A stretch of 64,000 nucleotides of DNA from Escherichia coli. GTDB lineage: Bacteria; Pseudomonadota; Gammaproteobacteria; Enterobacterales; Enterobacteriaceae. Below the pieces are notes generated by a model. That model searched no databases and was not told the DNA's origin. It saw only the letters and a program-made list of their open reading frames with translations. Shown piece after piece: positions 13,603-23,842 of the stretch. Location of the stretch: NCBI RefSeq assembly GCF_048403405.1, contig NZ_CP183129.1. The stretch is one strand, 5' to 3'. The position numbers and the translations under genes were made by a program. The number at the start of each line of letters is the position of its first letter. Position 1 is the stretch's first letter.

Positions 13603-16600
13603 TATGCAAGCCTCACAATATAGTTAAATGCGATGTTTTTGACGGTGTTTTCCGCGTTACCCGCAGCGTTAACGGTGATGGTGTGTCCATGTGAACCAAT
13701 CGCAACGGAGTGCGTATGCGCACCAATACCTACAGTATGTGCATGTGCGCCAGAACTTGCTGCAGTACCAGACAGCGAGTGGGTATGAGCACCTGCTGAC
13801 TGTGTCTGAATACGTTGATAATACGATCTATAGGAAGAAGTCTCCGGGCTTACTTGATACTGTGAATTCTGGACATAAGTGAACCCACCGCCATCATAAA
13901 ATGCTAACGCAGAACCGCCGCCTCCTGGCCAACGAATACCATTACCATGAGTATGAACACCGGCAGACCCCGTAGAGCCACTCAGACTGTGCGTATGCGC
14001 CCCGGTGTTATTCGTGGATTTAGTGCCGTAATCAAACGACGATGTGGTTTTCGTCCCCAAATCCGTACTGGATGCGCTGGCGCTGTGGGTGTGCGATTTT
14101 ATGCCGTCCTGTTCCTGAGACAATACGGCCCGGCCACTGGCGGGTTTGCCCTTGATTGTCCAGCCGCGCATATCTGGAATAACACCTGAAGGATAGGCAA
14201 TAGCCAGTTTCGGATATGCTGCCTTATCAAACGTCTGCCCCTGCATGATCGCATAACCTGCAGGTGGTGTATCTGATGGCCACGGCAGCGGAACACCTGG
14301 CGGAAACGCTTCAATATTTGCCGAGCCGTCAAATTTTACGCCGTTAATTGTCCTTGCAGTTTGCAATTTGGTTGCTGTGCTTGCATTACCCGATAAAGAT
14401 CCAGTGATACCACCACTCGCGTTTAATTTAGTTGCAATTGTAACATTGCCAGTATGGTTACTAATTATAAACGGCCTTAAGCTATTGTGCGTACCAAGAC
14501 TGTTACCCGAATCTGTCAACATAAAATATGTGTTTGATCCATCATTTCGGATAAAGAATCCATAGTTGCCATAGGCAATACGCAGACCATTTGCTGACCT
14601 TGAAATAACCTCACCAGCAGCAGTTAAACCACCTGAAAGAGTCCCTCCAGTTAATGCCAATGCCCCAATATTTGAAGGGGTCAATGTGATATTTGCACTA
14701 CCATCAAATGACACACCGTTAATCGTTCTGGCTGCCTGAAGTTTCGTGGCGGTCGCAGCATTACCTGTAGTGTTTTGATTACCGGTAGCGTTGACTCCAG
14801 GCAAGTTGATATCTGCCGATCCATCAAATGCCACGCCCCCAATCTTACGTGCTGTCTTGATCTTGGTCGCAGTATCTGCGTTTCCGGTCAAATTACCAGT
14901 AACACTACCACCAACTTTTAGTCCATTACCGATGGACACCAACCCTGATCTTAAGTTTATAGAGAATGGTCTTAATGAACCGATGTCTCCATTTTCCCCC
15001 TCCCCTTCATTAGTCGGAATAAGATGAAGATGATCTTCGGAACGCCTAAAAATAAGGCCAAAGGCTTGGTTGAATATTCGAAGAGCATTTATCGTGCTGA
15101 TTTTTAACTGCCCTCCCATTGTGTCGCCAGTTTTTTGAACTGAACTATCTTTAACAGTTTTAACTGCCTTTGGCGTTGCCGCCAGCTTTTCACTGGTGCT
15201 GTTTGTTGCACTGCTGAGCTGTACTATCCCCTTTTTCGTCGTGCTCGCATCCTCCAGCGCCACGGCGGATGCAATATCCTCTGCCCGTTTTGCTGCTGTC
15301 TCGGCGCGCGTTGCCGCGGATTCAGCAGCAACTTTGCTCTGAGATGCAGCCGTCGCACTGCCTGCCGCCTCTGATGCTTTCGTTGTTGCTGTCGTGGCAC
15401 TACCTTTCGCTGCTGACGCTTGTCTGGTCGCCTCATCTTTTGAAGCAGACGCAGATGATGCCGATGACGCCGCTGAACTGGCTGACGATGCGGCTGCCGC
15501 CTTAGAGGAAGCAGCATTGTCTGCTGAAGTCTTTGCATTTGTTTCAGAGGTTTTTGCTGCAGAAGCAGACCTCGCTGCTGCAGTGGCTTGCTCAGTGGCT
15601 TTGCCAGCCTTCGTTGTGGCTGTTGAAGCGGATGATGCGGCGCTTTCTGCCGATTTTCCGGCGGCGGTGGCACTGGCTGAGGCCTGCCCGGCACTTGTTG
15701 ACGCGGCACTGGCAGATAATGCAGCCGCTGTTTTTGAACCTGCCGCAGCTGAGGCGCTCTGTCCCGCTGCTGTTTCAGAAGACTTAGCGTTCGTCTCGGA
15801 CGTTTTTGCCGCCTTCGCGGAATTTCCTGCCGCCGTTGCCGAGGAAGCTGCACTACTGGCACTTGATGATGCATTCGTTTCTGAAGATTTCGCTGCCTCT
15901 TTTGAGGCCGCCGCACCCCGTGCCGAGGTGGCAGCTTCTGACGCCTTCATGGTCGCTGTGGATGCAGAAGTGGCTGCCGATTTTTGTGATGCTGCGGCAT
16001 TCGTTTCTGACGTTTTCGCGGCACTGGCGCTGGTAGCTGCCGCGCTTTTTGATGACTCTGCAGCAGCAGCACTTTTTGCTGCTTCACGGGCCTTTGTCGA
16101 TGCCGTTCCTGCGCTGGAAGACGCTGACTGAGCCGACGACGCGGCCTGTCCGGCTGACGTGCTGGCGGCACGTGCTGAGGCTGCAGCATCGGTTGCATGA
16201 GTTGCCGCCTCGCTGGCTGATGCACTGGCATCGCTGGCTGATTTTTTCGCGGCTGCCGTATTCTGTGCAACCGCGGAGGCGTTACGTGACACCTCTTCCA
16301 CCATCTGCTCAAAGCGGCGCAGTGCCTCCGGTCGGACATCATCCTCCGTCATGGCACCGAGAAAATCATTCAGCGTACCTGGTCTGGAACCTTCATAGAC
16401 GGTAATGGTCCCGGCATGTGAAGGCGGAAAACCTTCAACCAGCAGGGTGACGCTGTACTGGCCATGCTCAACATCCATGCTGTAACGTCCGGCTTCATCC
16501 GGATTTTCAGAGGCCACCGTGTTCACCACCACCGTGCTGCTGGTTCGTCTGGCCTTCAGCACAATGGTGCAGTTCTGTACTGGTTTTCCTGTGCCATCTT

Positions 16601-16628
16601 TAAGCACGCCAGAAATTTTTACTGTCAT
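13602..16628 (-). CDS. stf: side tail fiber protein Stf
   Basis: 1008-aa ORF; long Ala/Ser-rich region, three GNxxTATKLxxARxIxGVxFDGSANI repeats, His-rich C-terminal HxH motifs. Confidence 0.85.
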
Positions 16629-16642
16629 ACTTTTCCACCAAT

Positions 16643-16673
16643 AAAAAAAGCCCGCAGCAGTGACGCCACGGGC
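16643..16673 (-). terminator. intrinsic terminator downstream of lom
   Basis: GC hairpin GCCCG-N14-CGGGC followed by a U-tract on the minus strand. Confidence 0.45.
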
Positions 16674-16779
16674 TTCAGGACAGTGTAACTTTACGTTTCC
16701 TCAAACGCAGTTCACCCCATAAGGTGGATGAACCTGCGTATCATAACAATATTTACAGAAGATAAATCGGCGTCTGTTG

Positions 16780-17379
16780 TCAGAAACGGTATCCGATACC
16801 AACAATAAATGCATCCGTTCGCCAGTCGCCACTACCGGAACCTTCATAAGCAAGGTCAATGGTTACGGATTCGGTCGGGTTAAACTGCACGCCAGCCCCC
16901 CACGCCAGAGACGTGTTGCTGTGGCGACCGTCATCACTTCCGGTCAGCACATCGTGCGTTTTCCCCTTGTTGTCAGTTACGCGGAGATAATCCCCGGAGA
17001 AAGTCGACACACGGCTGTAAGCCACACCCACCATCGCATACGCGCTGAACCATTCATTCACGCGTACAGACGGCCCCGCCATCACGCTGAACCAGCGGTT
17101 ACGCACGGAATCTTCATGCCAGCGGGTATCGCTGTAGTGCGTTTTTTGCTCATCCTCAGCATTGGCATAACTGAAGGACGTAATCAGCCCCAGCGCGTCC
17201 GTAAACTCATAACGGTATTTCACGTTAATCCCGTTCAGATTATCGCTGCCGGGAGCGTTCGTACGGGCATGAAGATACCCCGCGCTCAGTGTGGACTGAT
17301 GTTCAGACGCCCATGCAGGCGCACCGGATACGGACAGACAGATGGCTGCGGACAAAATGGCTGCACAAACTTTACGCAT
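16780..17379 (-). CDS. lom: Lom/Ail-family outer membrane beta-barrel protein
   Basis: 199-aa ORF with signal peptide and Ail/Lom-like beta-strand pattern ending ...GIGYRF; lambda lom position after J. Confidence 0.85.
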   Translation of the reverse strand: MRKVCAAILSAAICLSVSGAPAWASEHQSTLSAGYLHARTNAPGSDNLNGINVKYRYEFTDALGLITSFSYANAEDEQKTHYSDTRWHEDSVRNRWFSVMAGPSVRVNEWFSAYAMVGVAYSRVSTFSGDYLRVTDNKGKTHDVLTGSDDGRHSNTSLAWGAGVQFNPTESVTIDLAYEGSGSGDWRTDAFIVGIGYRF

Positions 17380-17402
17380 AATTACCTCTCGCTTTTCTGC
17401 AA

Positions 17403-17427
17403 TAAAAAAGGCGCCATTTCTGGCGCC
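17403..17427 (-). terminator. intrinsic terminator downstream of J
   Basis: Hairpin GGCGCC-ATTTCT-GGCGCC followed by U-tract on minus strand. Confidence 0.45.
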
Positions 17428-17446
17428 CGTATATGGGTTATAAAAT

Positions 17447-20400
17447 TCAGCTGATACTGATGCCTGCGGTGGCTTTCTTCATCACCACAACCAGCAAATC
17501 GCTGATACTTGCTGTGGGATACCAGTTATTCACCAGCCATGCTGACACCGAAAACTCCAGCGTCATGTGGCCGCGACCAGCTGGCATATCAATAACACCA
17601 CTGTAAATCAGCGTATTATCCAGCGCGGTACGGTTATAAATTTCAGCACCGTTTTTCCGTACTATCAGGCGGCATGACGAATAAGTATCGCTGTTCTCCC
17701 GCTCATGTCTGGCACCGCTGAAAGCCACCGCCGGAATAACAATCTGCCGGTTAAACGGCTGATCGTCATAAACCCTGACGGTAATGGTTCCTGATGGCCA
17801 ACGCTCCGGTGCACGGGAGTCACGGGGGAAAGCCTTACCCACTGTTTTAACGAGATCGCCTTCAATCTGGTTTGCAGACAGTTTCCCTCTGATGACACAG
17901 TTCTCGTTAATGGTGACATTATTGAGCGTGCCGGTATTCGCCGTGATGGCTCCACTGATATCCGCATTGCGGGCTGTCAGCCTGCCATCCGGCGTCAGGG
18001 AAAACGTAGGAGGATTGCCGGATGACGTGATGCTCACCGCAAACAGTCGCTTCAGGAACACGTCGTTCATGAACAGCTGATTCCCCTGCGCCACAAACAG
18101 CGGCGTGGTGTTGCCATTCTCCGGGGTAATCATCGCGATACGGTCCGCCTGCAGCAGAATACTGCTCAGCGTCTGACCATCAACATCCTCAATCCCCGCA
18201 CCAATCCCGGCCACATAGGGAATACCGTTTTTTGTTTTCTGCACCTTCAGCATATACATGGCATTCAGCTCATTGCGCGTGTCTGACTGAACCCGCTGGA
18301 TTTGCTGTATGGTCACGGCCTGGTCACCCAGCTTTTTATCCGTGGTCGAGGTAATTTCACTCCCTTTTTTATCCACGTACTGGCGGACCTGTGCTATCTG
18401 TCGGGCGTTTTCTGACTGCCCCTGGCTGACAGTCTGTGAGATTTCACTGCTCACCCGGTCCACTTTCTGGCTCACCTGCGCGATGGCCAGTGTCTGGTCC
18501 TCATTCTTTTTCGCAACCAGCTGCGTGAGGCTGTTTTCCGCCTTCCCGATTTTCCGGGTCACTTCTGCGATATCCGTGTCCATCCGCTGACGGATGTCTT
18601 CTTCCAGTTGCGTGACCTCCGTACGCAGCGCTGAAGCATCAATGCGCTCTTTCAGTGCCTGGCCCAGAAGCGTCTCATCTATCAGCCCCCGGAAAATTTC
18701 CAGATACCCTTCACCATCATTGCTGGGCTGCCCGCTGGCTTCCACAAAAGCAGATTTTCCCACCAGGTTGACGCTTCGCACGTAAAACCAGAAATCCGTC
18801 CCCGGCTTAATCCGGCTCCCCTGGACAGTCCACTGACTGCCGGTCCCCAGATAACGGGCAGATTTTTCCACCTGTGCCGTGTTCGTGATGCGTTTTTCTG
18901 AGAACCAGAATTCAAACTGTACCGTCGGGTCATACACCGCAAGACGCGGGACCGCCGTTATCTGAAAATACCCCGGCGTCAGCTCAATGGTGGCGGGTTT
19001 TGCAGGCGCGTTAATCCGGAAGGTGGTGGTCGCAGGTTCGCCCTGCTGGCCGTAGCTGTTAATGGCCCGCACCGTCAGGGTGTATTCCCCCAGTGGCAGG
19101 CCGCTGAAACGGTGCTCCGTGTCTGCGGTGATGGCGGTGGTCACCAGTCTGGCATCCGTTCCCTTACCACTGGTCAGGCGCAGACTGAAGCGCACACCCT
19201 TCACCACCCGCGGCGTGTCCCATTTCGCCTGCGCCAGATACTGGCCGTCAGCTGCGCTCACCTCCACCGTCAGGTGCTGCACTGCCGGTGGGATGACGCT
19301 GTTCAGGGAACCTGACTGCGGCTCAAAGCGGGCACCGTTATCCACGATGGCTTCTTTTTCCGGTACGTGCTGCACCGCCGTGATGGCAAAGGTGCCGTCC
19401 GTGTTTTCCCGGACGGAGACACAGCGGAACAGGCGACGGCGCAGTGACGGCAGGGAGAGTCCCCACACCCCGTATGTCTCCACACCATCAGGCAGGGTAC
19501 TGACCTGTATCCGGTCCGGCGCGGGGTGTTCGGTGATGTCCACACTCACTGGCTTACCGCTGCCGTTAATCAGGTTCACCGTGGCGGCACCGGTCTCCGG
19601 AAGTGTCACTTCACGGTCCAGCGTCAGGGTGCGGGTGGCAGCATCAATGGACAGGACACGTCCGCCGGTCAGGGTCCCGGCATAGTCGTTATCACAGATT
19701 TCAATGATGTCACCGGGTGTGTGCCGCAGCCCCTGAGACCCGAGCGTGAAATCCACCGTCTGCGTTTCCAGCAGTTCGGTCTTTATCACCCACAGTCCGG
19801 CACGGTGGGCCTGACCGCGGCTGGTACAGCCGAACGCGTCCATCTTCAGCAGGTTGCGTCCGTAGCGCAGTATGGCTTCCGGGTCTTCCACCAGTTCCGT
19901 GGAGGTCTGCCAGCCGTTCTGCGGGTCGGTGTAATTCACCTCCACCGCCGTGTGCCGGTCCTTCAGGGCACTGAAGCTGTAGCGGAATCCCACGCCGTTA
20001 TCATCCACCACCACATCGCTGTTGGTGTACGGCCACACCACATCCGACGGGCGGTCCTGAACGAACGTCAGCGTCTGACCGTTCCATACCGGCATACAGC
20101 GCATCGCAGAGCAGAAATCACTGAGAACGTCCCACGCCTTACGCTGTTGTGCCAGGTACGCATTAAAGGTCATCCGCGGCTCGGTCCCCCCGAAACCATC
20201 CGGGACCGTCTGGTCGCAGTACTGCCCGATGGCATACAGCGCCCACTTGTCCACATCCGCCGCCCCCAGACGTTTTCCCATGCCGTAGCGCGGGTGAGTC
20301 AGCATGTCCCACAGGCACCAGGCCGGGTTGTTGCTGTATGCCGGTTTCAGACTGCCGTCCCAGATACCACTGTACGTGCGTTTTTCCGGGTCATAGTTTG

Positions 20401-21139
20401 ACGGCACCTGGATGATACGACCGCGGATATGGTAGTTCACCGTCATCTGCTGGCCGCCGAACTGCTCCGCATCCACCTGCAGCCCCACAATGGCCGTGTT
20501 CGGGTAGCACTGTTTCACATCGATGATTTCGGTGTATGACGACCACAGCGTCTTATTCTGCAGCTGGTCCGTGGTGCTGTCCGCCGTCTCCCTGACCATC
20601 CGGATGTTAAAGGGCCGGGGAGGCAGATTATCCAGAATCACCGAGGCCAGGAACTGTGAGGTGGTCTTGCCGTTAATGGTGACGTCCTTTTCTGTCACCC
20701 AGTTACCGTTACGCTGTAACTGAATCAGCAGGCGGACGGTTGCCGGGTTACGGTCACCCTTTGAGGTGGTCTCCACCAGTGACTGCACCCCGAAGGTAAC
20801 CCGCAGGCGGTCAATGTTCGCGGACGTAATGGTGCGCGTCACCGGTTTTGCCTTCGTCACTTCCACGCCCAGTCCGGTTTCAGCTCCGGAGGACTCAAAG
20901 CCTTCCGGTGGTGTCTGCTCCTGCTCCCCGGCACGCCAGACCGCGGTCACACCGTGTATCACGGGATTACCGTCCGTGTCCGTCAGCGGGGTTTTGTTCA
21001 CCAGAATACTCTGCAGTCCCTTCACCGGACCTTCTATCGGTCCCTCACCAATCGCATCAATCACACTCATCATCTGCGTGGATTTGAGATTATCCTTCGC
21101 CTCACGAGGCGTGTGTGCCTTACCGCCACCTTTTCCCAT
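17447..21139 (-). CDS. J: tail tip host-specificity protein J
   Basis: 1230-aa ORF collinear with lambda J ([22 protein letters not shown]...; fibronectin-type regions; conserved C-terminal receptor-binding part). Confidence 0.95.
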   Translation of the reverse strand: MGKGGGKAHTPREAKDNLKSTQMMSVIDAIGEGPIEGPVKGLQSILVNKTPLTDTDGNPVIHGVTAVWRAGEQEQTPPEGFESSGAETGLGVEVTKAKPVTRTITSANIDRLRVTFGVQSLVETTSKGDRNPATVRLLIQLQRNGNWVTEKDVTINGKTTSQFLASVILDNLPPRPFNIRMVRETADSTTDQLQNKTLWSSYTEIIDVKQCYPNTAIVGLQVDAEQFGGQQMTVNYHIRGRIIQVPSNYDPEKRTYSGIWDGSLKPAYSNNPAWCLWDMLTHPRYGMGKRLGAADVDKWALYAIGQYCDQTVPDGFGGTEPRMTFNAYLAQQRKAWDVLSDFCSAMRCMPVWNGQTLTFVQDRPSDVVWPYTNSDVVVDDNGVGFRYSFSALKDRHTAVEVNYTDPQNGWQTSTELVEDPEAILRYGRNLLKMDAFGCTSRGQAHRAGLWVIKTELLETQTVDFTLGSQGLRHTPGDIIEICDNDYAGTLTGGRVLSIDAATRTLTLDREVTLPETGAATVNLINGSGKPVSVDITEHPAPDRIQVSTLPDGVETYGVWGLSLPSLRRRLFRCVSVRENTDGTFAITAVQHVPEKEAIVDNGARFEPQSGSLNSVIPPAVQHLTVEVSAADGQYLAQAKWDTPRVVKGVRFSLRLTSGKGTDARLVTTAITADTEHRFSGLPLGEYTLTVRAINSYGQQGEPATTTFRINAPAKPATIELTPGYFQITAVPRLAVYDPTVQFEFWFSEKRITNTAQVEKSARYLGTGSQWTVQGSRIKPGTDFWFYVRSVNLVGKSAFVEASGQPSNDGEGYLEIFRGLIDETLLGQALKERIDASALRTEVTQLEEDIRQRMDTDIAEVTRKIGKAENSLTQLVAKKNEDQTLAIAQVSQKVDRVSSEISQTVSQGQSENARQIAQVRQYVDKKGSEITSTTDKKLGDQAVTIQQIQRVQSDTRNELNAMYMLKVQKTKNGIPYVAGIGAGIEDVDGQTLSSILLQADRIAMITPENGNTTPLFVAQGNQLFMNDVFLKRLFAVSITSSGNPPTFSLTPDGRLTARNADISGAITANTGTLNNVTINENCVIRGKLSANQIEGDLVKTVGKAFPRDSRAPERWPSGTITVRVYDDQPFNRQIVIPAVAFSGARHERENSDTYSSCRLIVRKNGAEIYNRTALDNTLIYSGVIDMPAGRGHMTLEFSVSAWLVNNWYPTASISDLLVVVMKKATAGISIS

Positions 21140-21378
21140 ACAGCCTTCCCCTGAATAAATTAACCGCCACTTGCCATTCCGTACAGAAGTCGGATATCCT
21201 TCGCCCGAAAAGCATGAAACACATTTCTGCCATGCTAAAGAGAAACCCCGGTATCAGCAGATACCGGGGTTTTCTTTCATGCCCACCGATAATCCTGTTG
21301 GTTAAAACCGGTAATGGCATAAAAATTCTGAATATCTTCACATTTTCACACACTGACTGTGGCGCGTATAATTTCTCT

Positions 21379-21476
21379 GCGTTAATTTTTTTGTCGTGAT
21401 ATAAGAATAATTCCTTACACTTAATCTTCGTAACTCTCCCGCAGTTCCTGTCCGCGATCACTGCGGGATTTTTTTA
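21379..21476 (+). ncRNA. candidate small RNA in I-J spacer (sigma70-like promoter plus intrinsic terminator, antisense to tail operon)
   Basis: -35 TTCACA (21345-21350), 16-bp spacer, -10 TATAAT (21367-21372); hairpin CCCGCAGT...ACTGCGGG followed by TTTTTTT at 21438-21478. Confidence 0.3.
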
Positions 21477-21482
21477 TTCTTT

Positions 21483-22163
21483 TTACCCCTGCCGCCCGAT
21501 AACCACGACCTTTCCGCCCCCGCCTTCATCACGGGTGCTGATGTCCTGGGATATACGGCGGGAGCCAACCAGCATTTCCCCGTAAGGCACCGGCATCGGG
21601 TTCCCCTGGGCAATCATGTTATCCAGCGAGGAAAAGTACGTGTTCTGTCTGCCGTTATCCGTTGCGCGGTAATCCGGTGTTTTTGCCTTCGGGGCCAGCA
21701 TCTGGGCCACTCCGCCCAGTATCATGCTGGCACCCAGTGAAAACAGCATCGTGGTGGCAGAAAAACCACCGGCACTCAGGGCTGTACCCCATAACGCCAT
21801 CGAGCCTCCGGCCGTGAAGAAAGAGCCCACGATGGCTGCCGCCCCCAGCACAATCTGCAGTCCACCCTTTCCGGCCCCGGCCAGTCGCGGCACAATGTGG
21901 ATGACCGTTCCCTCACCCAGCTGTTCGTGAAGACGGGCGTACACCGCCTCCGGTGCCGTGTCATCACCGGCAATACGTATCTGGTACCAGCCTTCGTTCA
22001 TCTGACGGCGAAAGCCCGGCATCTGCATCGACAGGGCGCGAATGGCTTCCGCTGCCGTGTTCACATACAGGCTGAGGCGGCGGCCAAATCGTTGTAAATC
22101 CCCGTGAAGGCAGATGCGTGCCAGTGGCGGTGACGCCAGACAGAATGCGTTCGTCGTTGCCAT
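21483..22163 (-). CDS. I: tail assembly protein I
   Basis: 226-aa ORF collinear with lambda gpI (ARICLxGDLQRFGRR ... YGEMxVGSR). Confidence 0.9.
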   Translation of the reverse strand: MATTNAFCLASPPLARICLHGDLQRFGRRLSLYVNTAAEAIRALSMQMPGFRRQMNEGWYQIRIAGDDTAPEAVYARLHEQLGEGTVIHIVPRLAGAGKGGLQIVLGAAAIVGSFFTAGGSMALWGTALSAGGFSATTMLFSLGASMILGGVAQMLAPKAKTPDYRATDNGRQNTYFSSLDNMIAQGNPMPVPYGEMLVGSRRISQDISTRDEGGGGKVVVIGRQG

Positions 22164-22804
22164 TTTTCGGAATACCTCTCCCGTTTACTCAGTTGTTCAG
22201 GCAGATGGTGAAGCAGCTCACCGTTACCGCAGTAAATGGCGGCATGGTTCGGTACCGAAGCACCAAAGCAGCACAGCAGAATATCGCCCGCCTGTGCAGA
22301 GGACAGGGGCACCCGGTAAAAGCCGGTGACCGCCATATTGTCCAGGTAAAGGTTCTGGCCGTTGCGCCACCAGTCATCCTCGCGATGAAAATCCGGCATT
22401 TCAGTCCCCGCCAGATGATAAGCATCCCGGAACAGCGTGTAACAGTCCGTCACCCCGTGCTCAAAGCGCCGTCCCGTCAGATGTGGCACACAGCGGAATT
22501 TGTGAATGTCACCCCGGCAGACCAGCCACCAGGGCAGTGCGCTTTTTATCTGCAGCCGCCGGTCAGCCTCGCTCAGCCAGGGCAGCCCACCGGGATGACT
22601 GTGGACCAGTGCCACAATCTCCCCCTGCATCTCTGCCCGCAGCCAGTCTTCCGGTGCGATACGAAAATACGCCTCCGGCTCCGCGGAAATATTCACACAA
22701 GGGATATACCACTCCCCCTCCGGCGTGCTTATCACGAAGCCGCACGACTCCGCAGGCGCACACCGCCGGGCATGTGCCAGAATCGCTGATTCAGTCTGTG
22801 TCAT
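22061..22804 (-). CDS. K: tail assembly protein K (NlpC/P60 + JAMM/MPN domains)
   Basis: Start set at internal ATG (MTQTESAILAHARRCAPAESCGF); HSHPGG JAMM motif and NlpC/P60-like Cys/His region. Confidence 0.85.
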   Translation of the reverse strand: MTQTESAILAHARRCAPAESCGFVISTPEGEWYIPCVNISAEPEAYFRIAPEDWLRAEMQGEIVALVHSHPGGLPWLSEADRRLQIKSALPWWLVCRGDIHKFRCVPHLTGRRFEHGVTDCYTLFRDAYHLAGTEMPDFHREDDWWRNGQNLYLDNMAVTGFYRVPLSSAQAGDILLCCFGASVPNHAAIYCGNGELLHHLPEQLSKRERYSEKWQRRTHSVWRHRHWHASAFTGIYNDLAAASACM

Positions 22805-22814
22805 AAACCGGGAT

Positions 22815-23513
22815 TTACTGCGAAAGTTTATTAATGGAAAGGAAACCGCCAAAATTGCCGACATTCCTGCGCAGTTCACACCCGCGCATGCACTTGCTGC
22901 ATCTGTCCTTACGGATATCCGTGGTGGGTTTATCGAACTCATCCGCCACAGCCCCGCCCGTGTAACCACACTCATCAGAGCGGTAGGTCCACATACAGGT
23001 GTTCGCCAGCATGATACGACCGGGAAACAGCGCCCCGTCCGTCTCGGTCGGTGTGGCCAGCACAAACGAGGCCGTCATGGCTGTCAGCTGCGACATCTGC
23101 TCCACCACCCAGCGGTCACTCAGCTCCTGCTCCGGGTCCGCCGCCGGATTGCCCGCAACGAAATTCACCGCATCCAGAAAACGGGCATACACCCGGCGGC
23201 GGACCACCGTGGCCCCCACCAGACTCTGCAGGTCTTCCGCCATCCCGGTGACCAGACCGAACAGATTGGACACCGTCAGCGACGGTCTGGCACTGCTGCC
23301 CTTCCCGCTCATCTCAAAACCGCTGCCGTCAATCGGGTATGCCTGATATTGCCGCCCCTGCCAGGTGACCGGCTCCCCTTTTTCATTCAGCTCATTACAG
23401 AAAAAATACCGCTCACCGCCCTGTACCGTCAGGTCGATTTCCCAGAGTACCACCCGCGGTGACTGCTCTGACTTAACCGACTCGTTCAGACTTTCTTCGC
23501 GAATATCCTGCAT
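22815..23513 (-). CDS. L: minor tail protein L
   Basis: 232-aa ORF collinear with lambda gpL; C-terminal Cys cluster. Confidence 0.9.
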   Translation of the reverse strand: MQDIREESLNESVKSEQSPRVVLWEIDLTVQGGERYFFCNELNEKGEPVTWQGRQYQAYPIDGSGFEMSGKGSSARPSLTVSNLFGLVTGMAEDLQSLVGATVVRRRVYARFLDAVNFVAGNPAADPEQELSDRWVVEQMSQLTAMTASFVLATPTETDGALFPGRIMLANTCMWTYRSDECGYTGGAVADEFDKPTTDIRKDRCSKCMRGCELRRNVGNFGGFLSINKLSQ

Positions 23514-23842
23514 CAGTTCACCACCTGCTTAAACTCCGCGCTGAACTCAACGCGCAACATCCCGACCCGCGCAGACCACCCGGCACAGGTCACCTTTATC
23601 TGCCGGTATGCATAGGGTGGCTTCCACAAAAATGCCTTCCAGCCACCGTGCTCTGCCAGGAACGCTTCCAGATGCCGGGCCTCCTCCCGGGTCACGGAAA
23701 GCGTCACCCTGTATGTTTTCAGGTCAGCATTCAGCCCTGCCGCCATACGCTGTGAGTACCCGTCACCAAAACGCACTTCACGCACCGATGGCTGCGAGTT
23801 CACCTCCATATCCGGCTTCACTTTCCAGCGAAATGTTTTCAT
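23513..23842 (-). CDS. M: minor tail protein M
   Basis: 109-aa ORF in lambda gpM position. Confidence 0.9.
   Translation of the reverse strand: MKTFRWKVKPDMEVNSQPSVREVRFGDGYSQRMAAGLNADLKTYRVTLSVTREEARHLEAFLAEHGGWKAFLWKPPYAYRQIKVTCAGWSARVGMLRVEFSAEFKQVVN

Noticed and set aside
15224-16405. Multiple long ORFs on both strands inside the stf gene (for example 15224-15916 minus, 15394-16131 plus, 15947-16342 minus)
   Set aside because: They lie in alternative frames of the GC-rich, Ala/Ser-rich repetitive region of the side tail fiber gene; low-complexity translations (runs of R/Q/P or A/D/E) are typical frame-shadow artefacts
17665-20401. Antisense and alternative-frame ORFs within J (for example 19062-19685, 19526-20401 plus strand)
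   Set aside because: Fully contained within the well-supported J coding sequence on the opposite strand; no independent signals
21120-21461. 113-aa minus-strand ORF and 94-aa plus-strand ORF in the I-J spacer
   Set aside because: Both read through two strong hairpin/terminator structures and have odd composition; interpreted as non-coding spacer carrying a promoter-terminator unit
22804-23065. N-terminal 87-codon extension of the K ORF (track ORF 22061-23065, 334 aa)
   Set aside because: Extension overlaps the L gene in another frame; the lambda-like K start (MTQTESAIL…) is internal at 22804
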